NCBI GenBank assembly: GCA_003577245.1
Contig: QEVS01000003.1
Span: forward strand, 52,300-116,299
From: a bacterium
Lineage (GTDB): Bacteria; Chloroflexota; Dehalococcoidia; Tepidiformales; Tepidiformaceae
Direction of reading: 5' to 3'
Length of the DNA stretch: 64,000 nt
Made by a program: the position numbers and the translations under genes. The notes beneath the pieces were generated by a model. The model saw only the letters and a list, made by a program, of their open reading frames with translations. It had not been told where the DNA came from and searched no databases. How positions within the stretch are numbered: position 1 is the stretch's first letter; the number at the start of each line of letters is the position of its first letter. Shown in pieces: positions 35,718-45,161 of the stretch.

Positions 35718-38012
35718 ATGGCCGAACCTGCCTATCCGGTCCTCGCCACCCGCACCATGCCGCCGGCCGCGGCTGCCGAGGCGGTGATCGCCGACCTGCG
35801 TGCCAGGCCAACGGAGACGACCGTTCGGCGCATCGAGGAAACGCCGGCCCGCTTCGCCAGCTGGCCCGGGGAGACCCACCCGGACCTCCTCGCCGAGCTT
35901 TCCCGGCGGGGCATCGATCGCCCCTATACCCACCAGTCCCTCGCCATAGAGCACGCCCTGGCCGGGCGGAGTGTGGTAGTCGTCACCCCCACGGCGAGCG
36001 GCAAGACCCTCTGTTATAACGCGCCCGTTCTCAGCACCATCCTCCGCGATCGGTCGGCCCGGGCCCTCTACCTCTTCCCGACCAAGGCGCTCGCACAGGA
36101 CCAGCTCGATGAGCTCAACGGCCTCGTCACCGCTCTCGGGGCCGAGATCGGCGCCTTCACCTATGACGGCGACACACCGGCCGACGCCCGTCGCGCCGTT
36201 CGTACGGCCGGGCACATCGTGCTCACCAACCCCGATATGCTGCACACGGCCATCCTTCCCCATCACACGAAGTGGGTGCAGCTCTTCGAGAGCCTTGAGT
36301 TCGTCGTGCTCGATGAGCTGCACACGTACCGCGGCGTTCTTGGCAGCCATGTTGCCAACGTCATCCGGCGGCTTCGCCGTATCTGCCAGTTCTACGGGTC
36401 CAATCCCACCTTCATCTTCTGTTCGGCCACCATTGGCAATCCCGCAGAGCTCGCCGAGGCGCTCCTCGGCGATGCCGTGGAGATGGTCGACGACAACGGC
36501 GCGCCCCAGGGGGAGCGCGTGGTGGTGGTTCACAATCCCCCGGTGGTCAACCGCGAGCTGGGAATCCGCCAGTCCGCTCTCAAGGCGGGCCGCGATATCG
36601 CCGCGCGCCTCATTCGCGCCGGTGTGCAGACCATCGTCTTTGCCCCCAGCCGCATCCGGGTGGAGTTGATGCTCACCTACCTGCGCGACTCCCTGAAGGA
36701 CAAACCCGGCGAACCCGAGCGCATCGCCGGCTACCGCGGCGGCTACCTGCCCCTCGAAAGGCGCAACATCGAACGGGGCCTGCGCAGCGGCGACGTGCGA
36801 TGCGTGGTCGCCACAAACGCGCTTGAGCTCGGCATCGACATCGGCGGTATGGGCGCGAGCGTGGTAGTGGGCTATCCCGGGACCCTCGCCAGCCTCTGGC
36901 AGCAGTTCGGGCGAGCCGGCCGCCGCCACGAAGGCTCCCTCTCGGTGCTGGTGGCATCCTCCAACCCCCTCGACCAGTACGTCGCCGCCAACCCGGGGTT
37001 CATCTTCGACCGCAGCATCGAGAACGCCCTCATCGACCCGGACAACATCTTCGTGCTGGCCAACCACCTGAAGTGCGCCGCCTTTGAGCTCCCCTTCGTG
37101 GTGGGCGAAGTCTTTGGCGCCCATACCGCCGAGATGCTCGAGCTCCTTGCCGATGAGGGGCTCATCCAGCGCTCCGGTGATCGCTATCACTGGATGACCG
37201 AGGCCTACCCCGCCGAACAGGTGAGCCTGCGCACCGCCAGCACAGACAACTTCGTCATCATCGAACAGGGGCCCCGGCCAAAGGTCATTGGAGAATGCGA
37301 CCGCCCGAGCGCCCCGTTGCTGATCCACGAGGATGCCATCTACATCCATCGCGGCCAGCAGTACCAGGTCGAATGGCTGGACTGGGACGACAAGAAGGCC
37401 TACGTCTCGCCCGTTTCCGTTGACTACTACACCGATGCGCAGCTCGCGGTTGAGCTCAAAGTCCTCGACTCCTTCCGCGCCGCCGACGCCCCCGGCGGCC
37501 GCCACGAGATGGGCGAGGTGGCCCTGACCTTCCTGGCCACCATCTTCAAGAAGGTGAAGCTCAACACACACGAAAACGTCGGCTGGGGGAAGATTGCCAT
37601 CCCCGAAGAGACCCTCCACACCACGGGCTACTGGCTTGGCTTCGAAGACGAAGCTACGAAGGGGCTTAAACGCGACGAGCTTGCTGCCGGGCTCGCGGGC
37701 GTCGCGCACCTCGCCCGGAATCTCGCCCCAATCTTCTGCATGTGCGATGCGCGCGACATCGGAAGCGAAGCCCACGTTCGTTCGACCTTCACCGGGCTGC
37801 CCACGGTCTACCTCTTCGACAATGTGCCCGGTGGCGTTGGCCTGGCCGAAAAGCTGTTCGACCTCCGCCACGAACTGGCCGAGGCGTGCCTCCGCGTGCT
37901 CCTGGCCTGCGATTGCCGGGACGGGTGTCCTGCCTGCGTCGGTCCACAGGTGGAATCAAAGAGCCCGGCCAGGAAAGCCGCCCGGCAACTGCTGGAGAAG
38001 CTGACCGGGTAG
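35718..38012 (+). CDS. MrfA/YprA-like DExH-box helicase with a C-terminal DUF1998 zinc module
   Basis: TPTASGKT Walker A, VLDELH, SAT, and C-terminal CDCRDGCPACV. ATG 35718 has GAGG 7 nt upstream. ATG 35688 lies inside the -10 hexamer. Confidence 0.9.
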   Translation: MAEPAYPVLATRTMPPAAAAEAVIADLRARPTETTVRRIEETPARFASWPGETHPDLLAELSRRGIDRPYTHQSLAIEHALAGRSVVVVTPTASGKTLCYNAPVLSTILRDRSARALYLFPTKALAQDQLDELNGLVTALGAEIGAFTYDGDTPADARRAVRTAGHIVLTNPDMLHTAILPHHTKWVQLFESLEFVVLDELHTYRGVLGSHVANVIRRLRRICQFYGSNPTFIFCSATIGNPAELAEALLGDAVEMVDDNGAPQGERVVVVHNPPVVNRELGIRQSALKAGRDIAARLIRAGVQTIVFAPSRIRVELMLTYLRDSLKDKPGEPERIAGYRGGYLPLERRNIERGLRSGDVRCVVATNALELGIDIGGMGASVVVGYPGTLASLWQQFGRAGRRHEGSLSVLVASSNPLDQYVAANPGFIFDRSIENALIDPDNIFVLANHLKCAAFELPFVVGEVFGAHTAEMLELLADEGLIQRSGDRYHWMTEAYPAEQVSLRTASTDNFVIIEQGPRPKVIGECDRPSAPLLIHEDAIYIHRGQQYQVEWLDWDDKKAYVSPVSVDYYTDAQLAVELKVLDSFRAADAPGGRHEMGEVALTFLATIFKKVKLNTHENVGWGKIAIPEETLHTTGYWLGFEDEATKGLKRDELAAGLAGVAHLARNLAPIFCMCDARDIGSEAHVRSTFTGLPTVYLFDNVPGGVGLAEKLFDLRHELAEACLRVLLACDCRDGCPACVGPQVESKSPARKAARQLLEKLTG

Positions 38013-38125
38013 TCTCCGCCCTACTTTCCCGCCTGCGCCTGGTTCGGGTTGTTTGCCAATGACACCTGACGGCTCCGCGGTTGCAGCAATGCGGAACTGA
38101 GGGGGAATCAACCCCCGCGTCTAAA

Positions 38126-38262
38126 CGCTAAATCGCTTGACACCTTTAGCAGTTCCCGCCAATATCACATCAGGACTTGCACTCGGCGGAACCCGGGACT
38201 CGAGACGAAGCCCTGGAACCTCGCCGGGCAGGCCACCTGAACTTCGCCAGCTAAGAGTCGTT
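38126..38262 (+). ncRNA. candidate ydaO-class (c-di-AMP) riboswitch-like element
   Basis: Ordered blocks CGCTAAATC (38126), GGCGGAACCC (38185), GAGACGAAGC (38202) and CCTGAAC..CAGCTAAG (38236..38255) resemble ydaO conserved blocks from memory. No covariance model was run. Confidence 0.3.
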
Positions 38263-38280
38263 CACCCCGCCTCTTGCTCT

Positions 38281-38314
38281 GAAGGGCTCCCCAACGGGAG
38301 CCCTTCGCTTTACG
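38281..38314 (+). terminator. terminator-like hairpin after the riboswitch-like element
   Basis: GAAGGGCTCCC-CAAC-GGGAGCCCTTC followed by GCTTTACG (short U tract). Confidence 0.5.
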
Positions 38315-38492
38315 TGAGGCAAACCATCAACGCCACGCGATTCATGTATCCTCAGATCAAGGGCACTGACGTTCTCCCCCTCGGTGACCGGTTCGCGACT
38401 ACGATCGAGGGGACGTAGACTTCCTCAGGGCAGTCCAGGGTCATGTCCGTCCCATAGTTTTCCGGCCATTCCGGGGAGGTTTGCACCAGGCA

Positions 38493-38864
38493 ATGATCAA
38501 GAAGATGCGCTCCGCGCTGCTCCTATTCTCCGCAGCCGTCCTGCTGGGCGGGCTGGCCGTAGCCTGCGGCGGGGATGACGACGACGGAGGTGACTCCAAG
38601 CCGGCCGAGATCCCGGCCGGGGCGCCAATGGTCGACCAGGACGACCTCACCTTCATCCCCAACAAGCTCACTGCGAAGACTGGCGAAAAGGTCTACTTCA
38701 AGAACAGCGAGACTGCCATCCACACCGTCACCATCAACGGCAAGAACGTCTCCGGGAACATGAAGGAGAACGACGTCGTGATCTGGATTCCCGAGAAGGC
38801 CGGCGAATACAAGATCACCTGCGACTACCACCCGCAGATGAAGGCCACGATCACGGTCGAGTAG
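38493..38864 (+). CDS. type 1 copper (amicyanin/plastocyanin-like cupredoxin) lipoprotein
   Basis: Lipobox LAVAC. Cu ligands are H (AIHTV) and C-x2-H-x2-M (CDYHPQM). ATG 38493 is preferred over TTG 38481. Confidence 0.8.
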   Translation: MIKKMRSALLLFSAAVLLGGLAVACGGDDDDGGDSKPAEIPAGAPMVDQDDLTFIPNKLTAKTGEKVYFKNSETAIHTVTINGKNVSGNMKENDVVIWIPEKAGEYKITCDYHPQMKATITVE

Positions 38865-38927
38865 CGCCCCCCAATCCTGCGCGCCCCATCCAAGTCCTCG
38901 GGGGAAGCCGCGGCGGCGTCCTTCCCC

Positions 38928-38933
38928 TAGAAT
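38928..38933 (+). promoter_or_regulatory. -10-like hexamer TAGAAT placed for a leaderless MFS mRNA
   Basis: TAGAAT ends 7 nt before ATG 38941. No SD is present and the -35 is weak. Confidence 0.25.
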
Positions 38934-38940
38934 CAGCGGA

Positions 38941-40200
38941 ATGATTGCGAACTGGTTCCGGACCACCTTCCAGTCGCTGGGGAACCGCAACTACCGCGTG
39001 CTCTGGTTCGGCACCACCCTCGCCTTCCTCTGCTTCATGATGTCCACCGTCGTGCAGTCCGTGGTCGCGTTCGACCTCACCGGTGAGAACAGGGCCGTGG
39101 GCGCGGTCTCGCTCGGCATGGGCATCGCCACCATCTTCATTTCGCCCTTCGGCGGGGTCATCGCCGACCGCGTCTCCAAGCGTAAGCTGCTCCTCGCCGG
39201 GCAGTCGCTCGTGGGGCTCAACTTCATTGCGGTCGGGGTCCTTGTCGTCACCGGCCACATCACACTTCCGCTTCTCATCGCCTCCACCTTCGTACTCGGC
39301 GCGGTGTTTTCGTTCATTGGCCCGGCGCGACAGGCATGGATTGGCGAAATCCTTCCCGGGCCGGCGCTCGCCAACGGGATAGCTCTCCAGCAGATAGCCA
39401 TGACGCTCACCCGCATCTTCGGCCCGTTTGTCGCCGGCGGGTTGATCGCCCTTTCCTTCATCGGCACCGGTGGCGCTTACCTCTTCATGGGCGCGGTGTT
39501 CGTGGTGGTCATTGCCACTCTTGCACAGCTCCCGGCCTCCACCGTGCTGCGCGAAGGGCCACCGCGCTCTGTGGCCGACGACTTCCGCTCCGGCTTTGGC
39601 TACATCGCCGGCACTCCCGTGCTCGCTCTTCTCTCGCTCACCTTCATTGGCGTGGTCATCACCGGTTACTCGTACCAGGTCCTGCTGCCGGGCTTTCTCG
39701 AAAACGAGCTGGGGCGCGACCCGCGCGACATGAGCTGGCTTCTTGGCATCGGCGCGGCGGCCGGGCTGGTCGTTACCCTCGGTATTGCCAGCGTGGTTGG
39801 CTCAAGGCACGCCTGGTGGCTCATGTTCACGGGCATCGCCATGCTCGGCGTTTCGCTCGCCCTGGCTGCGCTGGCGCAGTCGTTCACACAGGCGCTCGTG
39901 GCCATGATGTTCGTCGGCGCCGGGTCGAGCGGGTTCCAACTCCTGAACAACGCTCTCATCATGCAGGAGACGGAGCCAGCCTACTACGGACGCGTCATGT
40001 CCATCACCATGCTCGCCTGGGGGTTCAACGGTCTCGCCGGGCTTCCGTTCGGCGTGCTCGCCGACAGGACCGGCGAGCGCGAGGCGCTCTTCGTTATGGG
40101 CGTGCTCGTTCTTGCCGTGGCCGTCGTGGCCGCCCTCGCTCGCGCCGGGGCGGTGCGCGCCGTGGTCCCCGCTCCCGTCATCCCTTCAGGCGGCGAATGA
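38941..40200 (+). CDS. MFS transporter
   Basis: About 12 predicted hydrophobic helices and the GGVIADRVSKRK loop 2-3 motif. Confidence 0.85.
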   Translation: MIANWFRTTFQSLGNRNYRVLWFGTTLAFLCFMMSTVVQSVVAFDLTGENRAVGAVSLGMGIATIFISPFGGVIADRVSKRKLLLAGQSLVGLNFIAVGVLVVTGHITLPLLIASTFVLGAVFSFIGPARQAWIGEILPGPALANGIALQQIAMTLTRIFGPFVAGGLIALSFIGTGGAYLFMGAVFVVVIATLAQLPASTVLREGPPRSVADDFRSGFGYIAGTPVLALLSLTFIGVVITGYSYQVLLPGFLENELGRDPRDMSWLLGIGAAAGLVVTLGIASVVGSRHAWWLMFTGIAMLGVSLALAALAQSFTQALVAMMFVGAGSSGFQLLNNALIMQETEPAYYGRVMSITMLAWGFNGLAGLPFGVLADRTGEREALFVMGVLVLAVAVVAALARAGAVRAVVPAPVIPSGGE

Positions 40201-40256
40201 GCCGCACCCCTGCTACGCTTAGGGCACAGAACCCCCTCCGGAGCCAATCACTGCTC

Positions 40257-40481
40257 ATGAAACGTGAAGAGATCGCCGCGCTCATCGCTATCCTCCAGGC
40301 TCAGCTTGCACTTGGGCAGGAAAACGTGATCGTGGGCTCATGGAAGATCGGCTTCGACCGCCGCCGCCAGGCCTTCACCTTCGACAAGTGCGAGAACGAC
40401 GGTTACTGCGAGGAGCGCCCCGCCGTTGTCTCCCTGGCGGGCGAGATCCTGGACCCCGGCGGGCCCCTCTTCGGGGATTAG
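40257..40481 (+). CDS. 74-aa hypothetical protein
   Basis: ATG 40257 lies in the tail of the out-of-frame long ORF 39336..40481. Only this part is non-overlapping and it has good GC3. No family recognised. Confidence 0.5.
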   Translation: MKREEIAALIAILQAQLALGQENVIVGSWKIGFDRRRQAFTFDKCENDGYCEERPAVVSLAGEILDPGGPLFGD

Positions 40482-40573
40482 CGCTCGCGCCCGCTCTCTG
40501 TTCACCAGATCTCCCCTGATTTGGACACGTACCCCTCGTGAATCCGCCTTCTAGTGCCGATCAAAGAAGGAGA

Positions 40574-41554
40574 ATGCCTCCGCGAACCCTGTCCCCGGCC
40601 GGCGCACGTGCCGAGAGGCACGCCCTAGTTCGCGTGCTCGTCGTGGATCTTGAGATCGACGACGTCAAGCGATTGCGCGCTACATTCGAGGGCGACGGCG
40701 GCTTCCGCATCCATACGGCGCGCACCCTGGAAGAGGCCGAGGAGAGGCTTGCCTCTGGCGCTTTCGATGTGGCGCTCATCGAGAGCTCGCTCTGGAGCCC
40801 TGAAGGCGCCGACCTCGTCCGCTTCGTTCGTGATAGGCGCCTCGACATCGCGGTGGTGTTGCTCACCTCGGGCAGTCAGCGTGATGCCCTTCCCGCCCTC
40901 AAGCTTGGCGCTCATGACTTCATTAGCAAGCAGTTCCTCGACGATGCCGAGCACGTCACGGCGCGTGTGCTCGCTGCGGTGGCCGAAAGCCGCACCCTGC
41001 GCCGGCGCGAGACAATGGTTCGCTGGCTCGAGCGCGAGGCCCGGACCGACCACATGACCGGGCTCGCCAATCGCCGCGCGTTCGACGAGCACCTTCAGAA
41101 AACCTCCGATGAAGCCCGGCGCGCAGGCGAACCCCTCGCCCTCATCCTCGTTGATGTCACCGGCACCCGGCAGGTCAACGAAGCCTATGGTCACCCCTCC
41201 GGCGATGCCATGATCCGGCGCGCGGCCAGGGCGGTTGCCAGCAGCATCCGCGGCTGCGACTTCGCCGGCCGCATCGGCGGCGACGATTTCGGAGTGCTGA
41301 TCCGCGGGGGCGACATGGAGCTGGCGCGCCGCATCGCACGGCGGATCGCGCATGAGATTGAGCGCCTGAATAACGAAGGTCTGGACGGGGAGATCCCCGT
41401 GAGCGTGTCGTTTGGCGTCGCGAGTGGTCCCGCGAGCAATGCCGCGGACCTCTTCGCAGCCGCCGACCAGCAGCTATCCGCCCACAAGGGATTGCGGCCG
41501 GCAATCACCCCGTTCTTCCTGGCAGGCGAAGACGACGGCCCATCCGTCGCCTGA
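40574..41554 (+). CDS. response-regulator receiver + GGDEF-domain protein (variant GGDDF; receiver Asp replaced by Glu)
   Basis: REC-like LVVDLE...DVALIESSL...LLTSG...FISKQ. GGDEF domain DHMTGLANRRAF...RGCDFAGRIGGDDFGVLI. The start is ambiguous (ATG 40574 or GTG near 40631). Confidence 0.85.
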   Translation: MPPRTLSPAGARAERHALVRVLVVDLEIDDVKRLRATFEGDGGFRIHTARTLEEAEERLASGAFDVALIESSLWSPEGADLVRFVRDRRLDIAVVLLTSGSQRDALPALKLGAHDFISKQFLDDAEHVTARVLAAVAESRTLRRRETMVRWLEREARTDHMTGLANRRAFDEHLQKTSDEARRAGEPLALILVDVTGTRQVNEAYGHPSGDAMIRRAARAVASSIRGCDFAGRIGGDDFGVLIRGGDMELARRIARRIAHEIERLNNEGLDGEIPVSVSFGVASGPASNAADLFAAADQQLSAHKGLRPAITPFFLAGEDDGPSVA

Positions 41555-41591
41555 TGCGCTTTACGCCGACGGCAAGGTAAGAGGTGACCCA

Positions 41592-42179
41592 GTGTTTGGT
41601 TAACGGCGAAGCGCGCAGCAAGTAGAGACTCCCGTCGAGGTCGAAGACCCGTCCCGCCCGTGGACGATCGATGCCGAGACCGGCCTTGGCAACTACCGCC
41701 AGCTGAACGAGATCCTCCGCCGCGAGATCGCCCGGAGCCTGCGTTACGGCAATGGGAACGCGCTCGCGGTTTTCGATGTTCGCGTCGCCGGATTCAGGCC
41801 CACCGGCGAGCGGCCAGACCCCCCTTCACCGGCACAGTTCGTGGCCGATGTCCTGCTCCGGGAGGCGCGCGAGGCCGATGTGGTATGCCGGCTCGACCTC
41901 ACGCATTTCGTGGTGCTCCTCCTTGAGGCCGGCCTGGACGGCTCCGAGCAGTTCATCCACCGCGTCCGCACGGCAATTTCGCACGCGCCCTACAGCCGCA
42001 ACACCAACGGAAGCGGAATCTACGCCCGGACCTGGGCGGGGTGCGTGGGTTGGCGCCCCGGCCTCGCTACCCCCGCGGTCTACCTTGACGCGGCCATGGA
42101 AGCGCTGGAACGAACCCGCGCTGGCTATTTCACCCGCGAATCGCTTTTCGAAGAGCCGGTACCTTCGCCCAACGCCTGA
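41592..42179 (+). pseudogene. degenerate GGDEF-domain gene with an in-frame TAA at codon 4 (pseudogene or recoded)
   Basis: SD GAGGTGA (41581) + GTG 41592, then TTT GGT TAA (41601). The same frame continues IDAETGLGNYRQL...READVVCRLDLTHFVVLL to 42179. The next canonical start is GTG 41841. Confidence 0.5.
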
Positions 42180-42192
42180 TGCACCCGTGCTC

Positions 42193-42930
42193 TTATCGCC
42201 CTGCAGGAAGCCCGTCAACAGCGGGCAGGTAGCCGGCGCCGTCAATCCACCACGAGGCGGTCAGGGGGGCCCAGCTGGTCATGCGGGCCAGGGTCCCTTT
42301 CGTCTGGCCGTCCTTGCTCAGGATCCAGAGCTCCCTGCGCTCATCCCGCTGGGCCCAGTACGTCAGCAGCATCCATGCTCCGTCAGGTGACCACGTAACA
42401 AGCTGAGGCTGCCCGTGTCGAGGCACTTCGAAGCTCGCGATCTTGGTGCGCTCCACGCCGGACACCAGGATGACGTCTCCGTCCTCCTCGATCACGACCC
42501 TCTCCCCCTGGGGCGATTCGGCGCCTCTTTTTCCCTCGAAGTTCCCGGCCGCGATGCCCGTGTCGTGCTCCTCCCCCGTTGCCAGGTCGAGTTCGGTCCA
42601 CGTTGGCTCTCCGGGCCGGGGACGGTCCGCTGAGACCCGGGCTATCGTGTCCTGGTCAACCCACGACACCTTCCAGGTGTCGAGGCCCGGGCAGCTCACC
42701 CTGCTGCGCGATTCCCCCGAGGCGCGGGCGCGCACAATGCAGCCGTCCCCGTCAATGAACAAGATCTCCCCGGGGATTGCCGGGTTGGGGTTCCTCTCCA
42801 GCGACGGCGGCGAAGGGTCGTAGCGGCCGAACTTGAATACGAGCACCACCAGCACGAGCGCCGCCGTCACCCCCGCGATGGTCCCGGCCGCCCAGAGCCG
42901 CCGGGCTAGCTTACCGCTGTTCGAACCCAT
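42193..42930 (-). CDS. membrane-anchored beta-propeller-like (TolB-like WSPDG repeat) protein
   Basis: N-terminal TM (IAGVTAALVLVVLVF). WSPDGAWMLL-type motif. Confidence 0.6.
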   Translation of the reverse strand: MGSNSGKLARRLWAAGTIAGVTAALVLVVLVFKFGRYDPSPPSLERNPNPAIPGEILFIDGDGCIVRARASGESRSRVSCPGLDTWKVSWVDQDTIARVSADRPRPGEPTWTELDLATGEEHDTGIAAGNFEGKRGAESPQGERVVIEEDGDVILVSGVERTKIASFEVPRHGQPQLVTWSPDGAWMLLTYWAQRDERRELWILSKDGQTKGTLARMTSWAPLTASWWIDGAGYLPAVDGLPAGR

Positions 42931-43880
42931 GGCCGGAACCTCGCAAGGAAGGTAACAACTGCGATGAGCAGCGCGCCCATCAGAATGAGCAGGAGCGCTG
43001 CCGTCGTCTCTTCATCAACGTGCCGGGTGATGGTGCTGATCAACCCCCCGAAGATGCCGGCCACACCGGCCAGCATGTACACGAGTCCCCCGCGCCATAC
43101 GCTGAGGGCGATCACGGCCGCGCTCGCAACGAAAACGAGCGACTCCGCCCAGCCCTCGTCGAAACCGGCCGAGAAGGCGCCCCAGGTGATCGCAGCCGCA
43201 ACCACCGCGCGGGCCGGCAGCTGCGGTTCCAGCCAGCCGCGTTCCACCGCAAGGGCGCCGGCCCCGCCCACGATGGCGAGCGAAATCCCGGCCACAAGGA
43301 AGCTGAACTCGTCCGAACGCCCCCCGAGCGCGATCGAGAGCATGTACGCCGCACCGCCAATGCCGAGCACCTGCGGGTGGGCGGGGGCCAGAACCCAGAG
43401 CGCGAGCGCCAGGATCGTCGCGACCAACCCGGTTGCCAGCTGGATATCGTCCGCGCGCCATCCCGCGCTGTCCCCGGTCACGGCCGTTGCTCCCGAGAGG
43501 AGGACGCCCCCGGCCAACCAGGCGATGTGGCCACCGCGCACCATCCCCGGCTCGGGGAGCGTTCGCAGGCCGGCGCCGAGGGCCAGTGCCAGCACCCCCG
43601 GCACCCCCACCACCGCGATCCGTGCCCAGTCCTCCAGGTCCTCCCACGAGGTCCCAACCAGGATGACCACGCCGACAGCCGCCACTGCCAGGCCGAGGTA
43701 GATCAGCGCCTCAAGGATGCCGGGCCCTTCCCGGTCCCCGGTCTCCGGCTGCGACCTCGCGGAGTCGCGCTCGAACGCCCGGATGCGCTCGGCCGCGGCC
43801 TCGTCCAGGATGCCGGCCGCCCGCCATCGCTCCAGGTGTTCCTCGGACGATGCCACGCTGCCACCATAGGTGAGCCGCAT
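42906..43880 (-). CDS. polytopic membrane protein (DUF2157-like)
   Basis: Soluble N-terminus LERWRAAGILDEAAAERIRAFE followed by about 8 hydrophobic helices. 25-nt overlap with the downstream gene. Confidence 0.6.
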   Translation of the reverse strand: MRLTYGGSVASSEEHLERWRAAGILDEAAAERIRAFERDSARSQPETGDREGPGILEALIYLGLAVAAVGVVILVGTSWEDLEDWARIAVVGVPGVLALALGAGLRTLPEPGMVRGGHIAWLAGGVLLSGATAVTGDSAGWRADDIQLATGLVATILALALWVLAPAHPQVLGIGGAAYMLSIALGGRSDEFSFLVAGISLAIVGGAGALAVERGWLEPQLPARAVVAAAITWGAFSAGFDEGWAESLVFVASAAVIALSVWRGGLVYMLAGVAGIFGGLISTITRHVDEETTAALLLILMGALLIAVVTFLARFRPWVRTAVS

Positions 43881-43967
43881 TCGCCTTACAACCCCGGCAA
43901 TCCCGGGGGCGACTGAATCGCAGGCAGGGCGTAGGCTTTGGCTCCAGGACTCCCAGGGAGGTGGACG

Positions 43968-45161
43968 ATGTCGTTGCGTGGCAAGGCCGCAATCGTCGGC
44001 ATCGGCGAATTCAAGCCCTCGCGCTACACGGAAGGGGCGACCACGCTCGGGATGCTCGTCGAAGTAGGCCGCCAGGCTGTGGCCGATGCAGGGCTCGAAA
44101 TCGGCGAGGTCGACGGCCTCATCACCGAGAACTTCGCCGAGGCGCCGTTCATGGCTCCTTCCTCCGTGGTCGAGTACCTGGGCATCAGGGCGAAGTTCGC
44201 CGAGCTGGTCGACCTCGGCGGCGCCACCGGCGCAGGCATGGCCGCCCGCGCGGCGATGGCCATCGCCAGCGGCCTCTGCGAGACCGTGCTATGCGTCACG
44301 GGCACCCGCCGCGAAGCCCGCAGCCCTTCGGGCCAGCGCCGCTCCGCCAGCTCGGGCTACGCCGGGAGACGCGTTGACCGCACCCCCTACTCCGAGTTCG
44401 AAGCCCCCTTCGGGGCCATCGGAGCGAATTACGGCTACGCCATGATCGCCAACCGCTACCGCCACGAGTACGGCGTCACCCCCGAGCAGCTCGCGAAGAT
44501 CGCGGTGGCCCAGCGCTACAACGCCTGCCATAACCCCGATGCCATGTTCTTTGGCCAGCCAATCACCGTGGAGGACGTGCTCAACTCACCAGTCATCGTG
44601 GACCCGCTGCACATGCTTGAGATAGTCATGCCCTGCGCGGGAGCGGCTGCCCTCGTGGTCACCAGCGCGAAAAAGGCCCGGCGCATGAAGCGCCCGGCCG
44701 CCTACGTGCTCGGCGCTGGCGAGCAGACGACGCACAGGAGCATCACCTATGCGCCCAGCCTTACCCACACAGCGATCAAGGCCGCGGCCGACAAGGCCTT
44801 CGCCATGGCCGGCGTGCGCCGCAAGGATATCGACGTCGCCAGCATCTACGACTGCTACACCATCACAGTGCTCCTATCGATCGAGGACGCCGGCTTCTGC
44901 AAGAAAGGCCAGGGCGGCCGGTTTGTGGATGACCACAACCTGCAGTTCGATGGCGACTTCCCCCTGAATCCGCACGGGGGCCAGCTCTCGTTCGGGCAGG
45001 CGGGCACCGCGGGCGGCATGTCCCATGTCACCGAAGCCGCCCGCCAGGTGATGGGGCGCGCCCAGGGTCGCCAGGTCAAGAAGTGCCGGCTGGCCTTCGT
45101 AAACGGCAACGGCGGCACCATGAGCGAGCAGGTGTCACTCATCCTCGGGAGGGAGCCCTGA
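43968..45161 (+). CDS. SCP-x/Ltp-type thiolase-fold protein lacking the nucleophilic Cys
   Basis: KAAIVGIGEF start. GGATGAG stands where CxSG is expected, and FGQAGTAGG where GHPxGATG is expected. Confidence 0.85.
   Translation: MSLRGKAAIVGIGEFKPSRYTEGATTLGMLVEVGRQAVADAGLEIGEVDGLITENFAEAPFMAPSSVVEYLGIRAKFAELVDLGGATGAGMAARAAMAIASGLCETVLCVTGTRREARSPSGQRRSASSGYAGRRVDRTPYSEFEAPFGAIGANYGYAMIANRYRHEYGVTPEQLAKIAVAQRYNACHNPDAMFFGQPITVEDVLNSPVIVDPLHMLEIVMPCAGAAALVVTSAKKARRMKRPAAYVLGAGEQTTHRSITYAPSLTHTAIKAAADKAFAMAGVRRKDIDVASIYDCYTITVLLSIEDAGFCKKGQGGRFVDDHNLQFDGDFPLNPHGGQLSFGQAGTAGGMSHVTEAARQVMGRAQGRQVKKCRLAFVNGNGGTMSEQVSLILGREP

Noticed and set aside
35622-37871. 749-aa ORF on the - strand
   Set aside because: It is antisense to the DExH helicase gene. 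No motifs are present and the composition is that of a shadow frame.
35718-38012. DUF1998 helicase as part of a DISARM-like defence system
   Set aside because: No methyltransferase, PLD nuclease or separate DrmA/DrmB-type genes are adjacent. The fused DExH+DUF1998 layout, and possibly LexA control, fits MrfA/YprA-type repair helicases.
39336-40256. The upstream 307 codons of the 381-aa ORF 39336..40481
   Set aside because: This part is out of frame with, and fully overlapped by, the MFS transporter, and it is Arg-rich nonsense. Only the non-overlapping tail from ATG 40257 is kept as a small CDS.
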